Notes under the pieces: generated by a model | What the model was told of the DNA's origin: nothing | The model's input: the letters and a program-made list of their open reading frames with translations, nothing else | The model's database searches: none | Assembly (NCBI RefSeq): GCF_001194135.2 | Contig: NC_068990.1 | Coordinates: forward strand, 17,683,712-17,747,711 | Direction of reading: 5' to 3' | Length of the DNA stretch: 64,000 bases | From: Octopus bimaculoides | Taxonomy: Eukaryota | Part shown: one piece after another, positions 25,057 through 38,470 of the stretch | Layout of the letters: the number at the start of each line of letters is the position of its first letter | Numbering within the stretch: position 1 is the stretch's first letter | Translations under genes and position numbers: made by a program

Positions 25057-25260
25057 GATATTACTCTGGTAAAATCCATGAACAATCCACCTTGGCTTGT
25101 ACGTCTGGTAATGGAAGCTGTCTGTGTTATAAAAGGAATAAAACCTGATAGAGTTCCTGATCCTTCTGGATCTGGTAAGAAAATAGAAGACTTTTGGCCA
25201 CCATCAAAGCGTGTTCTAGGAGATATGAAGTTTCTGGAAAGTCTTCACACTTTTAATAAG
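25057..25260 (+). CDS. DNAH7: Dynein heavy chain exon E13 (microtubule-binding domain)
   Basis: tcttag|GAT...AAG|gtaatt; DITLVKSMNNPP..VRLVMEAVC...DPSGSGKKIEDFW; phase 0/0. Confidence 0.95.
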
Positions 25261-25842
25261 GTAATTAATTATCAACTTTATTTAATCAGCTTTTTCTTAT
25301 TTTCTTCTTTATTTTTTAGTTTAGATTTAGATTTCTTTTGACAATGTTTTGAAAAAAACTTCAGAGAACAAATGATAATGACCAAAAAATGAAATGTCTA
25401 AATAAAGTAGAAACCAGATTTCAAGGACACAACAATATCTGTTTCAACAAAAGTTAACCCATGATGTCTGTTGATGGTGGAGGCAGTCAATTTCTGATTG
25501 AACTGAGAAATCTCGGTTTCCATTTGTATTTTTCCAAATTGCTGATACTATTGTCAGTTACAACTCCAAACAGAAGAAACCAGATTTGAACATGAATTTC
25601 ACAAAATTGGAGCAAATAACCTAAGCCATCCTGTCCAATGCTTTAACAATTTGCCAAATGAGCTAATTTTCAATTGAGGGGTGAAAGAACCAATGTTCCA
25701 AACACTTTTATTTCTGGAGAAATGTTTTCAGCTTATAATATTTTATGGACTGTTAACCTCATCTCTACAGATGACCTATATATATAAATACACACACACA
25801 CATGCATGCACGCATGTGCGCACACACACACACACATTTACA

Positions 25843-26052
25843 CATGAGGGTATATTGAAAAGTTCCTGGCTTTCGATAAAAGATAATACAGGAGGATCAG
25901 TTAATTATGATTTTATCAAACATATTCCCCTCTCAGATTCACACACTTATTGCAGTGGTTTTTTAGTTTTTCTAAGCCCTGTAAAGAAACTGAGAGGGTA
26001 GGACCTCCAACCAATACCCTTAAAATCAGGAACTTTTCAGTACCCACTCACA
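25843..26052. mobile_element. mariner-type MITE (~210 bp); second copy at 38789-39001
   Basis: GAAAAGTTCCTGG near the left end is inverted as CAGGAACTTTTC near the right end; internal sequence shared between copies. Confidence 0.75.
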
Positions 26053-26635
26053 TACCCATTTAGTGTTTACTGTCAGAAGAAAGGGTACACAGTACTACAG
26101 TAAAGATTAGTAATATTTAATTTTTATCCAGTTAGTCTCTGGCTACTCTGAGTTATGTCTGGAGGTGCAGAGAATCTTCAGGCATGTTACGCCTGAAAAA
26201 AATTATGGAATTTATGTGCATTGTGCACACACACACACACACTACACAGGAGAAACAAAAGGTAAAGAAAAAGAAAATTAAGAAAAGAAAAGAAAGCAGA
26301 AAAATAAAAAGAGAAAAGGAAGAAGAAGAAGGGGCAAATATTACAGTGCTTGGAAACAGGTGAGAATTGGCAACAAGAAGGATATTTGGCTGCAGAAAGT
26401 CTGCCTCAGTGAATTCCATCTGATTCACACAAGCATGGAAAAGTGGACATTAAAATGATGGTGATGATGGTGAATCAAATCTTCTTACTTGGAAGTAGAA
26501 GATTAAATATTTGATTAAAATAGAGAAAATGCTAGAAAACTCTGCTGAGAGTTAAGTACACAGTTTGGTATTTATAAGTATTAAACAAGAAGCTTAAAAT
26601 TCAAATGCTATCTGATGTGATTTTCTTTGCTTTAG

Positions 26636-26778
26636 GATAACATTAATCCAGGAATCATGAAAACAATCCGGACTAAATATATTGCAAACCCAGATTTTGA
26701 TCCTGAAAAAATCAAAGTTGCCTCGACAGCTTGTGAAGGTCTTTGTAAATGGATTCGAGCCATGGATACATATGATAA
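26636..26778 (+). CDS. DNAH7: Dynein heavy chain exon E14 (MTBD to coiled coil 2)
   Basis: tttag|GAT...AA|gtaagt; DNINPGIMKTIRTKYIANPDFDPEKIKVASTACEGLCKWIRAMDTYD; phase 0/2. Confidence 0.95.
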
Positions 26779-27334
26779 GTAAGTGATTTGATTTGAAATT
26801 TGTGATGTAGTTTGGGTAAAAGATTTCATCTGTCACCCAGTCCAATACCACCACTTAATCCTTGGGTGTCTTTAGGGGAGTTTCCTTTGATAGCAAGCAG
26901 TCAAAATGTGATTTGCTACTTTCTACTCCAATAGGGTTTCTTACATCCTCCTCATCCTCTCCTACAAGTTTTGAAGGCATAAAGAACAGGGATGCTGCCC
27001 CTACTTTCTTGTGACAGTTATATAGAAAAGAAAAAAAAAATTGATCAATCCAGCATGAGTTATTTGTGACAGGTCATTTATTATAACCTAAGAATATATA
27101 TATTTGGTGAAAAAACACATGAAAATAACTGAAAGATACCATCATTACCACCACAAGGCTTTGATCAACCCAGGGCTATAGTAGAAGACACTTGCCCCAA
27201 GGTGTCATGTAGTGTGACAAAACCTGAAACCATATGACTGGAAAGCAAACTTCTTAATGTCATAGCCATACCAGAATGCTTTAAAACGGGATCATTAACC
27301 AGGAGTGGATTTAGGCAGATTAGCATTAGAAGGA

Positions 27335-27565
27335 TTAATCCATTTGTCATGGTATTTTTTGCTAAAATACATTGCCTTTGTTTTAATTAATTTTGAAAAT
27401 AACAAAGAATTTTGTAAAATAACTTTTTCATTATTAAGCTGGTGTTTAGAACATAGATTAACATGCAACTTTGGTGGAAGGTTTTAGTCTAAATCCCTTT
27501 AAAACAGGGAGTTTGTATTATAGAACCAGGGTAGGTGTCAGGTGGGTTTGTGTTAAAAGGATTAA
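27335..27565 (+). mobile_element. piggyBac-type MITE flanked by TTAA; others at 40728-40960, 47997-48213(-), partial at 5215-5370, 47395-47510, 63470-63575
   Basis: TTAA at 27335-27338 and 27562-27565; body shared with 14868-15088. Confidence 0.75.
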
Positions 27566-27885
27566 ATACAGTTCAAATAAATACTATTTGCAGATTAATA
27601 TTATTTGGAGTTCAAAGTTGGTGAGCTGGCAGAAATGTTAGCATGCCAAACGAAATGCTTAGTGGTATTTCATCTGTCTTTATGTTCTGAGTTCAAATTT
27701 CGCCAAGGTTGACTTTGCCTTTCATTCTTTTCAGGTTTGATAAATTGAATACCAGTTGCATACTGGGATTGATTTAATCGACTGCCCCCCCCTCACCCTC
27801 CCAAAAAAAATTTCGAGCCTAGAGCAGAAAAGAATATTGTTGAGTTCTTATTTTTTTATTTAACTGCTTTCTTCTTTTTCTGCAG

Positions 27886-28137
27886 AGTTATCAAAGAAGT
27901 TGCTCCCAAAATAGAAACGCTTAAGAAAGCTGAAGAAGACCTTAGACTTGCCAAAGAATCTTTGGATAAAAAGAGGGCTTCATTAAAAGCTGTACAGGAC
28001 AGACTCGATAAGTTAAACCAGCAAATGGAAAATAATAAACAGAAGAAAGCAGACTTGGAAAACCAAGTAGATTTGTGCACAAAAAAGCTGGAAAGAGCAG
28101 AGCAGTTGATTGGTGGCCTGGGAGGAGAAAAAGATAG
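27886..28137 (+). CDS. DNAH7: Dynein heavy chain exon E15 (stalk coiled coil 2)
   Basis: ctgcag|A...AG|gtaatg; VIKEVAPK...KLERAEQLIGGLGGEKD; phase 2/2. Confidence 0.95.
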
Positions 28138-28459
28138 GTAATGCTTTTGAATGGAGTTTATAATATAAAAATTACTTTGAACTTAACTTTAGATTTGTGT
28201 TTGTGTGTGCATGCATACTTGCAAGTATGTTGTAGAAACTGAGTTTGTATCATTTGGAAAATTTTAGCTTTTACGTAATTCTTGTGTAAAAGAACTGGTA
28301 AATGAAAGCAGATTAATGGGTGATGGTAGCCAAAACAGAAAAGATTTTATGAAGTTATTGAACAAAGCAGCTGGATATGCTTTTGTTTTTTATACAGTTT
28401 TGTCCCAAACAAGGTTTGAGGCTGCTATAATGTAAGGGACTCTAAAGAAGGAAAAGAAG

Positions 28460-28660
28460 GGCCTATACATTCAAAGTTTAAAGGACTGAATATTATAGAT
28501 CAGAGGAAAAAATGATGGCAATGAGTTCCGGAGAGCAGCAGGTCAAGGAAAGAATCTATTAGAATAGAAAAGATGGATGACTAACAGGAAGCTCAACAGA
28601 GAAATGATGAGGACTTTGACAAAGAGCAGAGGAAATTATGATCATGGGAGAGATGACAGA
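28460..28660 (-). mobile_element. Decayed CR1-group LINE 3' end
   Basis: Minus strand HFSVELP...RFFP*PAALRNSLPS, matching the SFFPRT..LWNSLP motif. Confidence 0.45.
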
Positions 28661-29708
28661 TGAGAAAGTGGCAGCCGTGGTGGTGGTAGTGGTAGCTGTC
28701 ATGGTAATATCATATCATTGGGTCCTTTGGATTAATTTGGGCTACATTCCTGGCTGCCCCTCCCTTCCTCCCTTATTTATTTAATTGCAATTAGGTCTTA
28801 AAGGGTGAAAACTGAGGTGTTACTTTCTTCTTTTATCCTGGAATATAAAGAAGGCATTGCATTTAATAAATATCAATGCTCTTAATTTCAACCATTTTAT
28901 ATCTCTCACTGCCTATAAAATATTTAGGTTCTTTCACCGAATTAATTTCGTAACCTTGGTGATAGGTATGCTATTATAATTGGTATTTCTTCATATATGG
29001 ACACATGCCAGCCTCTGGGCCACAGTCTTGCTATCTTTTTCTTCTCTCTCTGTCTTTCCGATTGCTAGTATGCAGTGATGCATATTCCAACATGCAGTGG
29101 AAAAGTCTGATGAGGTGCAGTGTGACTGTCTTGGCATACTGTACTCCTCGCCTCACTTGTCCAGTTTATATCTCAATGTCTGTTAATTCTAGCGCTGGCC
29201 ACAACAGAGGTACATGCATAATGATGAAGGACTTAATCTGATAAAACTCAGCACTTGATGTTCCTCTACTCTTATTATTGGTATTATTAAAGGTGACGAG
29301 CTAGCAAAATCATTACCACACTGGACAAAATGCTTAGAGACATTTTTATTTGCTCTTTACATTTTGAGTTCAAATACTACTGAGATAAACTTTGCCTTTC
29401 ATCCTCTCAGGTTCAATAAAATACTTGTTCAGCATAGGGATTGATGTAATCAGCTTCCCCTTCCCCTCATAATTTCAGACCTTGTGCCAAAATTAGAAAG
29501 GATTATAAAGAATTATTGATGTTGTGCACAATAGTTTCTTTGGGGGTGGGGTGGATAGGGTTACTCAGGCTGTTAATGTTACAGTTATTTATGTATGTAT
29601 TTGTTTTTATTTTTTTTTATTATGTTTGCCTGTACTGAGTGGGAGAGATAGTTTGATAGTGTTTTTAGCACTTACATCAGTGTTATTCATATAAGGTAAC
29701 TATTTCAG

Positions 29709-29823
29709 ATGGAATATTGCTGCTGAGAATCTTGCTGTCCAGTATACAAATCTAACAGGTGATGTTTTGATATCAGCTGGTGTTGTTGCTTACTTGGGAG
29801 CCTTCACGTCAGCTTATAGACTT
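29709..29823 (+). CDS. DNAH7: Dynein heavy chain exon E16
   Basis: tttcag|A...CTT|gtaagt; WNIAAENL...LTGDVLISAGVVAYLGAFTSAYRL; phase 2/0. Confidence 0.95.
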
Positions 29824-31248
29824 GTAAGTAATCATGTTTTCACTGATACACCCTCTGTTAGAATCTGATTGTAACTGATTTGTTTGTGAGCCTCTGAAGA
29901 AAGAGCATTCACACACAGAAAACAATAGTGTTTATAATCATTGACTAAATTTTAATTCCATTATATGTACTGTGTTAGTGCTTCATAAAAACCACTTGTA
30001 CCAGTGCCACATGATAAGCACTCATGCCTGTGCCAGGGTCACATAGAAAGCACTCATGCTGGTGTCATGTAATGGGTACTCATGCTGGTGTCACATAAAT
30101 GCACTTGTGCTGGTGGCATGTTAAAAGCACCCAGCACACACTGTAAAGTTGTTGGTTGTTAGGAAGGGCATCAAGCCATAGAAACCAAGCCAAATCAGAC
30201 TGAAAGCTGGTGTAGCTTCCCAGCTTCCCAACTTTGGTCAACCCATCCAACCTATGCCAATATGGAAAATGGATGTTAAAGGAGGCTGATAATGGTGTTG
30301 ATGTAATCTCAGTGAAGTAGTAAAATTAAGCTAATTGCCTCAGGGAGGTGGGGCAGTTCTCATTTTATTTTTCACTCCTAAACATGTACACATAAGCACA
30401 ATTATGACTGCAACCTCCAGCTGGCCAATACATTGTCAGTGAAACACCCTAACCACTAGGATATGTGCCTTCACTGGCCAGTATAATTTACATAAGTTAC
30501 AAAACATAAGATAAAGGAATTAAGTGAGTCCCATGACAGGAATGCGGATAATTCAGGTGGGTATTGACCCACTGAATGAGGTATACAAAAGAAATTTTCA
30601 ATAGGATTTTTTGATTGTAGAAGAAAACAGAAACCTGAGAGTAGTTGTTTGTAGCTCTCAAAGGAAAGGGGAGATAATTTCAAGAAATTAAGAATTAATT
30701 GCACAAAGAATTTACTTTTTAGGCTTAGAAGAAAATTGAGATGAATTTTGTTGAACTTTTGAAACTAACAACAGTGGTTTATGAGGAAGATAATGTTGGT
30801 AATAGCCTCAATATGGTAGTAGTGATAGTGATTGTGATGATGATGGTAATGATAATTATAGAGATGTTGATGTTGCGATAGGGTCTTGAGTTTGTGATAC
30901 TTGAGTAGACAACATATAATCAATATGCATTTAACCATCCAGTGATTCTTTTTCAGAATTGCATAACATCAACTTCATTATCCACTGTGTCACATCTTTT
31001 ATTTTAAATGGTAGTATGTGATGTGTAGGAGATTTGGCTGTTATTTCTTGTAGATTGAGTGACCATGTAGAGGTTCTTTTGTTGGTTTGTTGATTGGGTC
31101 ATTGATAACAGTGGTGATAGATTTGAGGATGAAAATAATTCTTTGTGTTTTTATCCTTTTGTTTTAATTAATTTTTTTCTTGCTCTCTGCAGTTTTTTCA
31201 TTTTTTATTTTTATCTATTTTGTTTTCTTTTTGTGTGTGTGTCTTCAG

Positions 31249-31412
31249 GATCAAATCCATTATTGGGTGAAAGAAATCAAAGAAAGTGGAGTCCCTTGCA
31301 CTGATGAATTCTCTTTGGTACACACGCTGGGAGAGCCAGTGAAGATCCGTGAATGGAATATCAATGGTCTACCAACTGATACATTTTCTATTGAAAATGC
31401 CATCATAATTAC
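31249..31412 (+). CDS. DNAH7: Dynein heavy chain exon E17
   Basis: cttcag|GAT...AC|gtgaga; LGEPVKIREWNINGLPTDTFSIENAIII; phase 0/2. Confidence 0.95.
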
Positions 31413-32120
31413 GTGAGAACCAAAATTATTATTTATTGATTTTCCTAGAGTGATGGATTGACAGAAGTGTTAGAGCACTGGATAAAATGTGTGGATCTTT
31501 ACATTCAAAGTTCAAATTCTACCAAGGTAGTAATTGCTTTTTCATCATTCTGGTCATAGGTATTTATACTTGAAAAACAAGTAAAGGTTGGCAACAGGAA
31601 GGGTATTTGGCCAGAGAAGACTTCCTCAGTAAGTCCTCGTCCAATTCATATCAGCATGGAACAAATGGACATAGACATTTTGACAATGATGATGATGCTG
31701 ATGTGAGTGTCAAAGGTCAAGAACAGCATCATCACTGCTGATGACTTTGATTGTTGTCAGCAAAGACTGATTCTTTAGAATCGTTTGAACCATGTTCCTG
31801 CTGTGATTATTTAAGCCTCATGAGGTTAAAAAGAAAACAGTGTTAACCTTTATGTGGTTGCTTGAGTTGCTAAAAATAGCAACCAAATCTATTTTTAAAA
31901 TACAACCACTGCCACTTAACAGCAAAAAGTGTGGGGCCAAGAAAACACTGGATGAGCATAGTTCTAGATATACTATGTCTGAAAGAAAGACGTGATGGTC
32001 ACGACTGGAGGGTCTTTGGTCATAGATCTGTCTGTTCAGGGTTAACCTGGTGTTAAATAGATACAGCAGTGACACAATTCTGCATTTATACCAGACTATC
32101 TAAATCCAGCAGCAAAGAAG

Positions 32121-32161
<41 letters not shown>

Positions 32162-34183
32162 ATTTGGTTTAAAGAAAATTGATCAATAATGTTTATTGAT
32201 TATGGAACATTTTTATAAGCAGATTTGTCTTACAACACTTAAAAGATTAAGATTAACCAAAATCAATGTCTTTAAGACTAAACAAGAGTGCTTCCATTTC
32301 CAAACTAGCTTAAAATTTCTATTGTGGTGACTGAGAGAGAGAGGGAGAGAGGGAGGGAGGGTGAGAGATGGGGAAAGAGGGGGGAGAGAGAGAGAGAGAG
32401 AAAAAGAGAGTGCACTAAAGTGTCCTGTTGCTGATATTTAGCGTTTAGTTCAAATCTTATGTAACAAACTCATAATCAAAGTTGTTCCATCCTTGACCTT
32501 CCCATCTTTATTTTAAGACATTATTATGTCATCCAAGGTGCCTTCCCATTTTTAGAACAGTGAAGTGTGTTTTGAGGAAAATATTGCTGCTTTTTCTAGC
32601 AAATTGTCCAGAGACTCTCATATTGGTTCTGTTGTTACATAATCGTTTACAAGTTTTGGCCCAAGGTCAGCAAGTTGTTTTTCACTTGTTTCGGTCATTA
32701 GACTGTGGCCATGATGGGGCACCTCATTGAAGAATTTGACCTCAGTAGTTATTTTTTGTAAAGCCTGGTATTTATTCCATCGCTCACTTTTGCTTAACTG
32801 CTTAGTTACGTGGATGTAAACAAACCAATACTAGTTGACAAGTGTTGGTGGAGGACAGACACAGACACAAGACAGACAGACAGAAACACATGACAGGCTT
32901 CTTTCAGTTTCAGTTTACAAATCCACTCACAAGGCTTCGGTCAGCTTAGGGCAATAGTAGAAGACACTTGCCCAAGATATCAGGCAATGGGACTGAACCC
33001 TGAACCATGTGGATGGGAAGCAAGTTTCTTATCACACAGCCATACCTGCACTTATGAAAGAAGATTTGCAGAATGTTAGGCTACTGTTTCTAGTTAGCTA
33101 AGGGGTCATGTAGAGACCCATATTTTTTTTCCAACCTTTTTATTTCTAGGATGACATTATTCAATGTGTACCACCTTATTTTTTTAAGATGGTAGGGTTT
33201 ATTTTTTGGGAGATTGGATGCAGGTTGAGTGACCATGTAAAAAGTGATGCTGGTAAGTTTTCTTAGTCTGTATACTGTGTGTGTTTTGGGGCTGTTAAGT
33301 AAGATTACGTTGCCAATTATCCCTCGAGTAAATGCAAGAAGTCTTCTTCAAGTTTACTTTTGTGGAACAAGTACACTGTTACCAAAAGTCGTTGATGTTG
33401 TGTTTGGATGAGGTCTGAATGCAGAAGTACAAATGATGTTATCTGCTTCAAAGTATGAAGCAATGACAGAGAAGCAAGAAGAATGTGGGGAAACTAATTC
33501 AAGTGCAGAGGTAATTTTGTTTTCCTTTTTTGTGAATTTTCATCCAAAGAGAAAAAGGAGTGGCCATGACTTTTTGTGGAAGCTGAGGTTAATGGTATGT
33601 TGGAGTGGATTATGATTCATAGGTCTCTGTTGAAGAAAGCTATCTGTCATGAAATTAGGTTATCCTCAAATCACAGTTCTGCATTGATTGCTTGCAACAA
33701 AGGAGACTGCTGAAGGGCAGCACTCATAGACTAGGGGGTTGTTTTAAAACATTTCCATAAAGTGAAAGTCACCAATCAAAGGTTCAAGAGTTCACACAAT
33801 CCTTCATGTTTGAAATATCTGTATCTCTCATATTGTTGTTGATGTTGTTTAACCCCAGGTCAAACCTGATTGAGCAAAACTATGACAGATGGCATTCCAG
33901 CCTGATTATCCCATCTTATCGCTGAAATAGTTTATTCTGCATTATATATATCGAATAAGTCCAACCCATGCCAGCATGGAAGATGGACATTAAATGATGA
34001 TAATGATGTTGTTCATTTTCTTTTTTTTTTATCTTGGTGTGTAATTTGAGGAACATTAGGCCATTGCTTCTAGCCTGTCGAGTGACCACATGAAGTCATT
34101 CCCTTATTGATTAATTTTTTTCTTCACATATCCTTATGTTTACTTTCACTGCAATCATTTAAGATGTCCTCTTTTCATTGCAG

Positions 34184-34337
34184 TAATGCTCGACGGTGGC
34201 CATTAATGATAGACCCTCAAGGACAAGCTAACAAATGGATTAAAAATATGGAAAAGGCAAACAATTTAAGTGTTGTTAAAACCAGTGACTCAGATTTCAA
34301 CAGAACTCTTGAGAATTGTATTCAATTTGGAACACCT
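34184..34337 (+). CDS. DNAH7: Dynein heavy chain exon E18 (AAA5)
   Basis: ttgcag|T...CCT|gtaagt; NARRWPLMIDPQGQANKWIKNMEK...LENCIQFGTP; phase 2/0. Confidence 0.95.
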
Positions 34338-35777
34338 GTAAGTGGAGTTTTTCTATTCCTTGAGATACTGAGCCAGACTTACTTTCTTGTACTTATGGTG
34401 GCATTCACCTGGGATGGGTTGAACAAGCTTTAAACAATGAATTCACTCATGTTCAGAGTTACAGTGGAAAAACAAATTCACTCGTGTTCCCTGGTCCCAT
34501 GCATACACACTTTGGGATAATGTGATCCATAGCAGCTCATCTTGCAGTCAATCGTTGATCATCACAGAGGATTCACAGACCAAGCCTCTACCAATTACCA
34601 GAGCAGACATAGCCTGGGTTTGAAGCAGGTTCTAGGGTCATGCTTTAACAAAAGATAAAGGGGGCCTCACTCCTAGTGGTCTTCCAGCATGTCGGACACC
34701 TATATGGAATTATGGGTCCATGCTATTGCTAAATAGTCATTAAACTTATCACTTAGTTCATCATTCCTTTTGACAGGTCTTGTTTTCAGTCCTACTGGAT
34801 TTCAGGTCTACCACAGGGCTGATTTTCAAGAGTAAAGTCACCAGACCAGAACTTCTCAAACCATTGACATACAGTGCACTCATTCACCACATCTTCACCA
34901 AACAGCTCATTGATGTTTTGAGCTGTCTGGGATGCATTAGTTCCATGATGGAACTCATATTCATAAACAACATGAATTTTTTATCTATTCATAGGTTCAC
35001 AAAAATTGATTTACAAGAGAAAACTCACAATATAATCAGACACCATGAATTTCATTTCAAAAAGTGATGATGTAACTATCAGGATAAAACATTAGAGTTA
35101 ACGGCTGTCAAACTTGGTGCATAAGAAAATTGGACATTTCATTCTTAATGGCCTGATATTATTATTATCATAAAACTTTGGATTTTTCCAAACTTCAGAA
35201 TTGAATGAGCCAAGAGAAAAAGCTGGATATTGAAGGTATCAGATGCAAAAGAGAAGCCAGCACTGATATGGGTGAATGATGTGTAAAGGGTGAGGACATC
35301 ATGTTTAACAAAAGTGCCAAGTCCTCAAAGTGGTTGGAACATAGAAAGACAGGGAATACAGTTGTGAAGACTGATCTCAAGCTGTTGAGTCTCACAAATG
35401 AGATAGCAAAGTGCAACAATTGGTAACATGCACAACTGGAGTGGACCTGTACTTCCATACAAACATGAGAATATCAAAATGGAAGGAGTGATGGAAGCTG
35501 GAATGCTCTCTCTACTACACTCTTCCTCCCACCCATTTATAACTTCTTCCTACCTATCTTTCATTGTCTCTCTCTCTCTGCAGCTCCTTTGTCCCTTGAC
35601 ACTATCTTATTTCTGTCTTTCTCTCTCTCTCTTTCTCTCTCAAGCTATCCCACCCTCTCATATTTTCTGTACCCTGTCACCTATATAACGTGAGATAACA
35701 CTGAATCTCAGTCTATTCAACACACAGTACCATCCTTATCACTTAGTGTTCTCTCTTTCTTTCTTTCTTTCATTCTT

Positions 35778-35840
<63 letters not shown>

Positions 35841-36666
35841 TCAATCCTTTGTGAAATAAGGGATCTTTCTTCCCACCACCACCACCACCACCACCACCAC
35901 CACCATGATATTTCTGCTGTTTAGTCATCTTTTCTTCTCTCTTCTCCTCCTCCTCTCAAGTGAATTATAATTGACATCACTTTTCTCCCACCTTCACTCA
36001 TCACTACAACAATTCATCAATCATGCACTCTCTATTCTATCAAACAACTTGTTGCCATTGTCCATCTCCCTTCCAAAAAAACCCTGCCACTACAACTTCC
36101 ATCAGTTTCCATTCTATTACTTCTCACTCCTCTGTTACTCTCCCCTCTGCCACCCCCTCACACCAATATATCTGTTTCTCCTTTCATACTTTCTCTTTCT
36201 CTCTATCTCACAACACAACTTCAACTTCTTTCATCACCCTTTCTTTTATTCTCTCTCTCTTAGACTAGTGTGGGCTCTTTGAGTCTGGCTACAAGCTTAC
36301 AGTGTGACCTCATTAGTGCTAGTGCCTTGATAAAATGTTTGATGAATTGAGCAAAGACAAGGTAGCACCAAAAAGACTCTTTAGTCTTGCCAAGCAACAA
36401 AGTTTCTTGCAGTACAGGAGATATATGGAGTGCCTGGTATTTTGTGGAGGTGCATAGCTTAGTGGTTAGGGTATTGGACTCTTTGATCATAAGCTTATGG
36501 TTTTGATTCCTGGACTGGGTGAGGTATTGTGTTCTTGAGTAAAACACTTCATTTCATGTTACTCCAGTCCACTTTACCTGGTAAAAATGAGTAGTCTTGC
36601 AACAGACTGGTATTCCATCCAGGGGGGAATATATACATCAGAGAAACTGGGGAAACTCACTCTCTG

Positions 36667-37344
36667 GGATCTATTTTAAAACGGGGGCCACAGTTTTCAT
36701 TAATGTTTTACGTAGTGTTTTTGGTACCGAAAGACTTTCAAACTTCGTATACTTATCTATTTTGTGTTATAGAACAGAAAAATATTTTTGTATTCGAATT
36801 TATTTCATGTAAAAAATTGTCTTATTTCGATAATTTCAACCAATCACTGACAAGTATTCAGTTGTTTACATTTACTCCTTTGGCTGATTAAGTGGTGTAA
36901 AGCGTATTTAATCTCCATAGCTTCTGACATTTGCAGAGAGGCAATTTGCTTTTTTCATTTTCTTTTTTTTTTTCTTCGTTTTATTTGCTTTTTTCTTTTT
37001 AAATTTGCTGTTTTACCCTAACCCTAACCTTAGAAAGGTTTATTAGCTACTGCCAATATGCTTCAGCCATTTTTTGACAAGGAAATAATAATTTTATCAC
37101 CGATAGAATTGTTTCAGAATCGTTTGTTTATGTAGTCGGCACTTAATGTATATCGGCTGAATGGATGTCAGTGATTGGTTGAAATTACAGATATACGACA
37201 ACTTTAACATGGAATAACTTAGGGATTTCTTTTTTTTTAAGAAGACTAAGAGAAAAAGATGTTTTATATGACATTCTATCAGTGTTCCAAGTTTCAAAGT
37301 GTTTCGTTAAGAAAATACTGTGACCCCCGTTTAAAAATAGATCC
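36667..37344. mobile_element. MITE-like element with nested inverted repeats and a CCCTAA motif
   Basis: 28-bp IR (36667-36694 / 37317-37344, 2 mismatches); perfect 22-bp inner IR (36831-36852 / 37166-37187); CCCTAACCCTAA at 37016-37027. Confidence 0.8.
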
Positions 37345-37466
37345 GCTCTCTGCTCCTTATAGAGTAATGTGGACTTACCATGCCCGATACTTTAGAAGGA
37401 GCATGTTTTCAATTGTTTGCTTCATTTTTTTTTTTGTTGCTCATTTGTAATTTCTTTAATGGTCAG

Positions 37467-37658
37467 GTTTTAGTGGAAAATATTGGTGAAGAAATCGACC
37501 CAATGCTTGAGCCCCTTCTACTGAAGCAGACATTTAAACAAGGTGGTACATTGTGTATCCGTCTGGGTGACAGCACTATTGAATACAGCAATGATTTCAA
37601 GTTCTACATGACAACAAAATTGAGGAACCCCCACTATATGCCAGAAACTTCTGTAAAG
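37467..37658 (+). CDS. DNAH7: Dynein heavy chain exon E19 (AAA5)
   Basis: ggtcag|GTT...AAG|gtaaaa; [21 protein letters not shown]...[16 protein letters not shown]; phase 0/0. Confidence 0.95.
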
Positions 37659-37920
37659 GTAAAATATAACACCTTTTTTTAATAGCCATCTATGTATTAT
37701 ATTTTATATCTCCTACTGATGTGTTTTATTTAAAACACAGCATGTCCATGAGATTATTATCACAGGATGAATACTGCAGTAAATTTGCCTTTTGTGATGT
37801 TTTCACATTAAGTATGATACACAGATGGCTGTTTTAATCTTTTTTCTTTTCTCTTCTTACTTTTCCTTTTCTTTTTCTTTTCTTTTTTTTTCTTTATTTC
37901 TTTTTTGGCTAAATACAAAG

Positions 37921-38470
37921 CTGCAGACGTGGCTCTGTGGTTAAGAAGTTTCCTCTTCCCATCCATGCAGTTTAGGGTTCAATCCCATTGTCTGTTAACT
38001 TGGGCAAATGTCTTTACTTTAGCCCTGGACTGACCAAAGTCTTGCAAGGGAATTTTGTTTGTGTATACCTTTATATGTATGTATGTGTGTGCATGTGTAT
38101 GTGTGTATATATGAATGTATGTATGTATGTATGTATATATGTATGTGTATATGTATGTATGTATGTATGTGTATATGTATATATGTTTGTGTGTGTGTAT
38201 ATGTATGTGTGATTGTGTGTGTGTTATTATCTTGAGATTGTGTGATCCCTGTAAAGGAGCATCACCATCTTATAAGCAGTATCCTTCATTTTCAATCTTC
38301 TGTGAAAACATGCCTGGACTGGGAGAAATATTTCTTTTCTTGGAAGCTGGTGAGGGTTGGCAACAGGATGAGCATCCAACCAAAAAAAAAGTCAGCCTCA
38401 GCAAATTCTGTCCATCACATGCAGGCATGGAAAACTGGTCATTAAACTGATGCTGATGAGGATAGTAATG
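37921..38470 (+). mobile_element. Composite SINE: family-A tRNA/CORE head, (TG)/(TATG) microsatellite, RTE-like tail
   Basis: Head matches 13828ff; tail ends GCATGGAAAACTGGTCATTAAACTGATGCTGATGAGGAT; same layout at 2085-2485. Confidence 0.6.

Noticed and set aside
37016-37030. Interstitial telomere
   Set aside because: Only about 2.5 hexamers, inside a MITE-like element.
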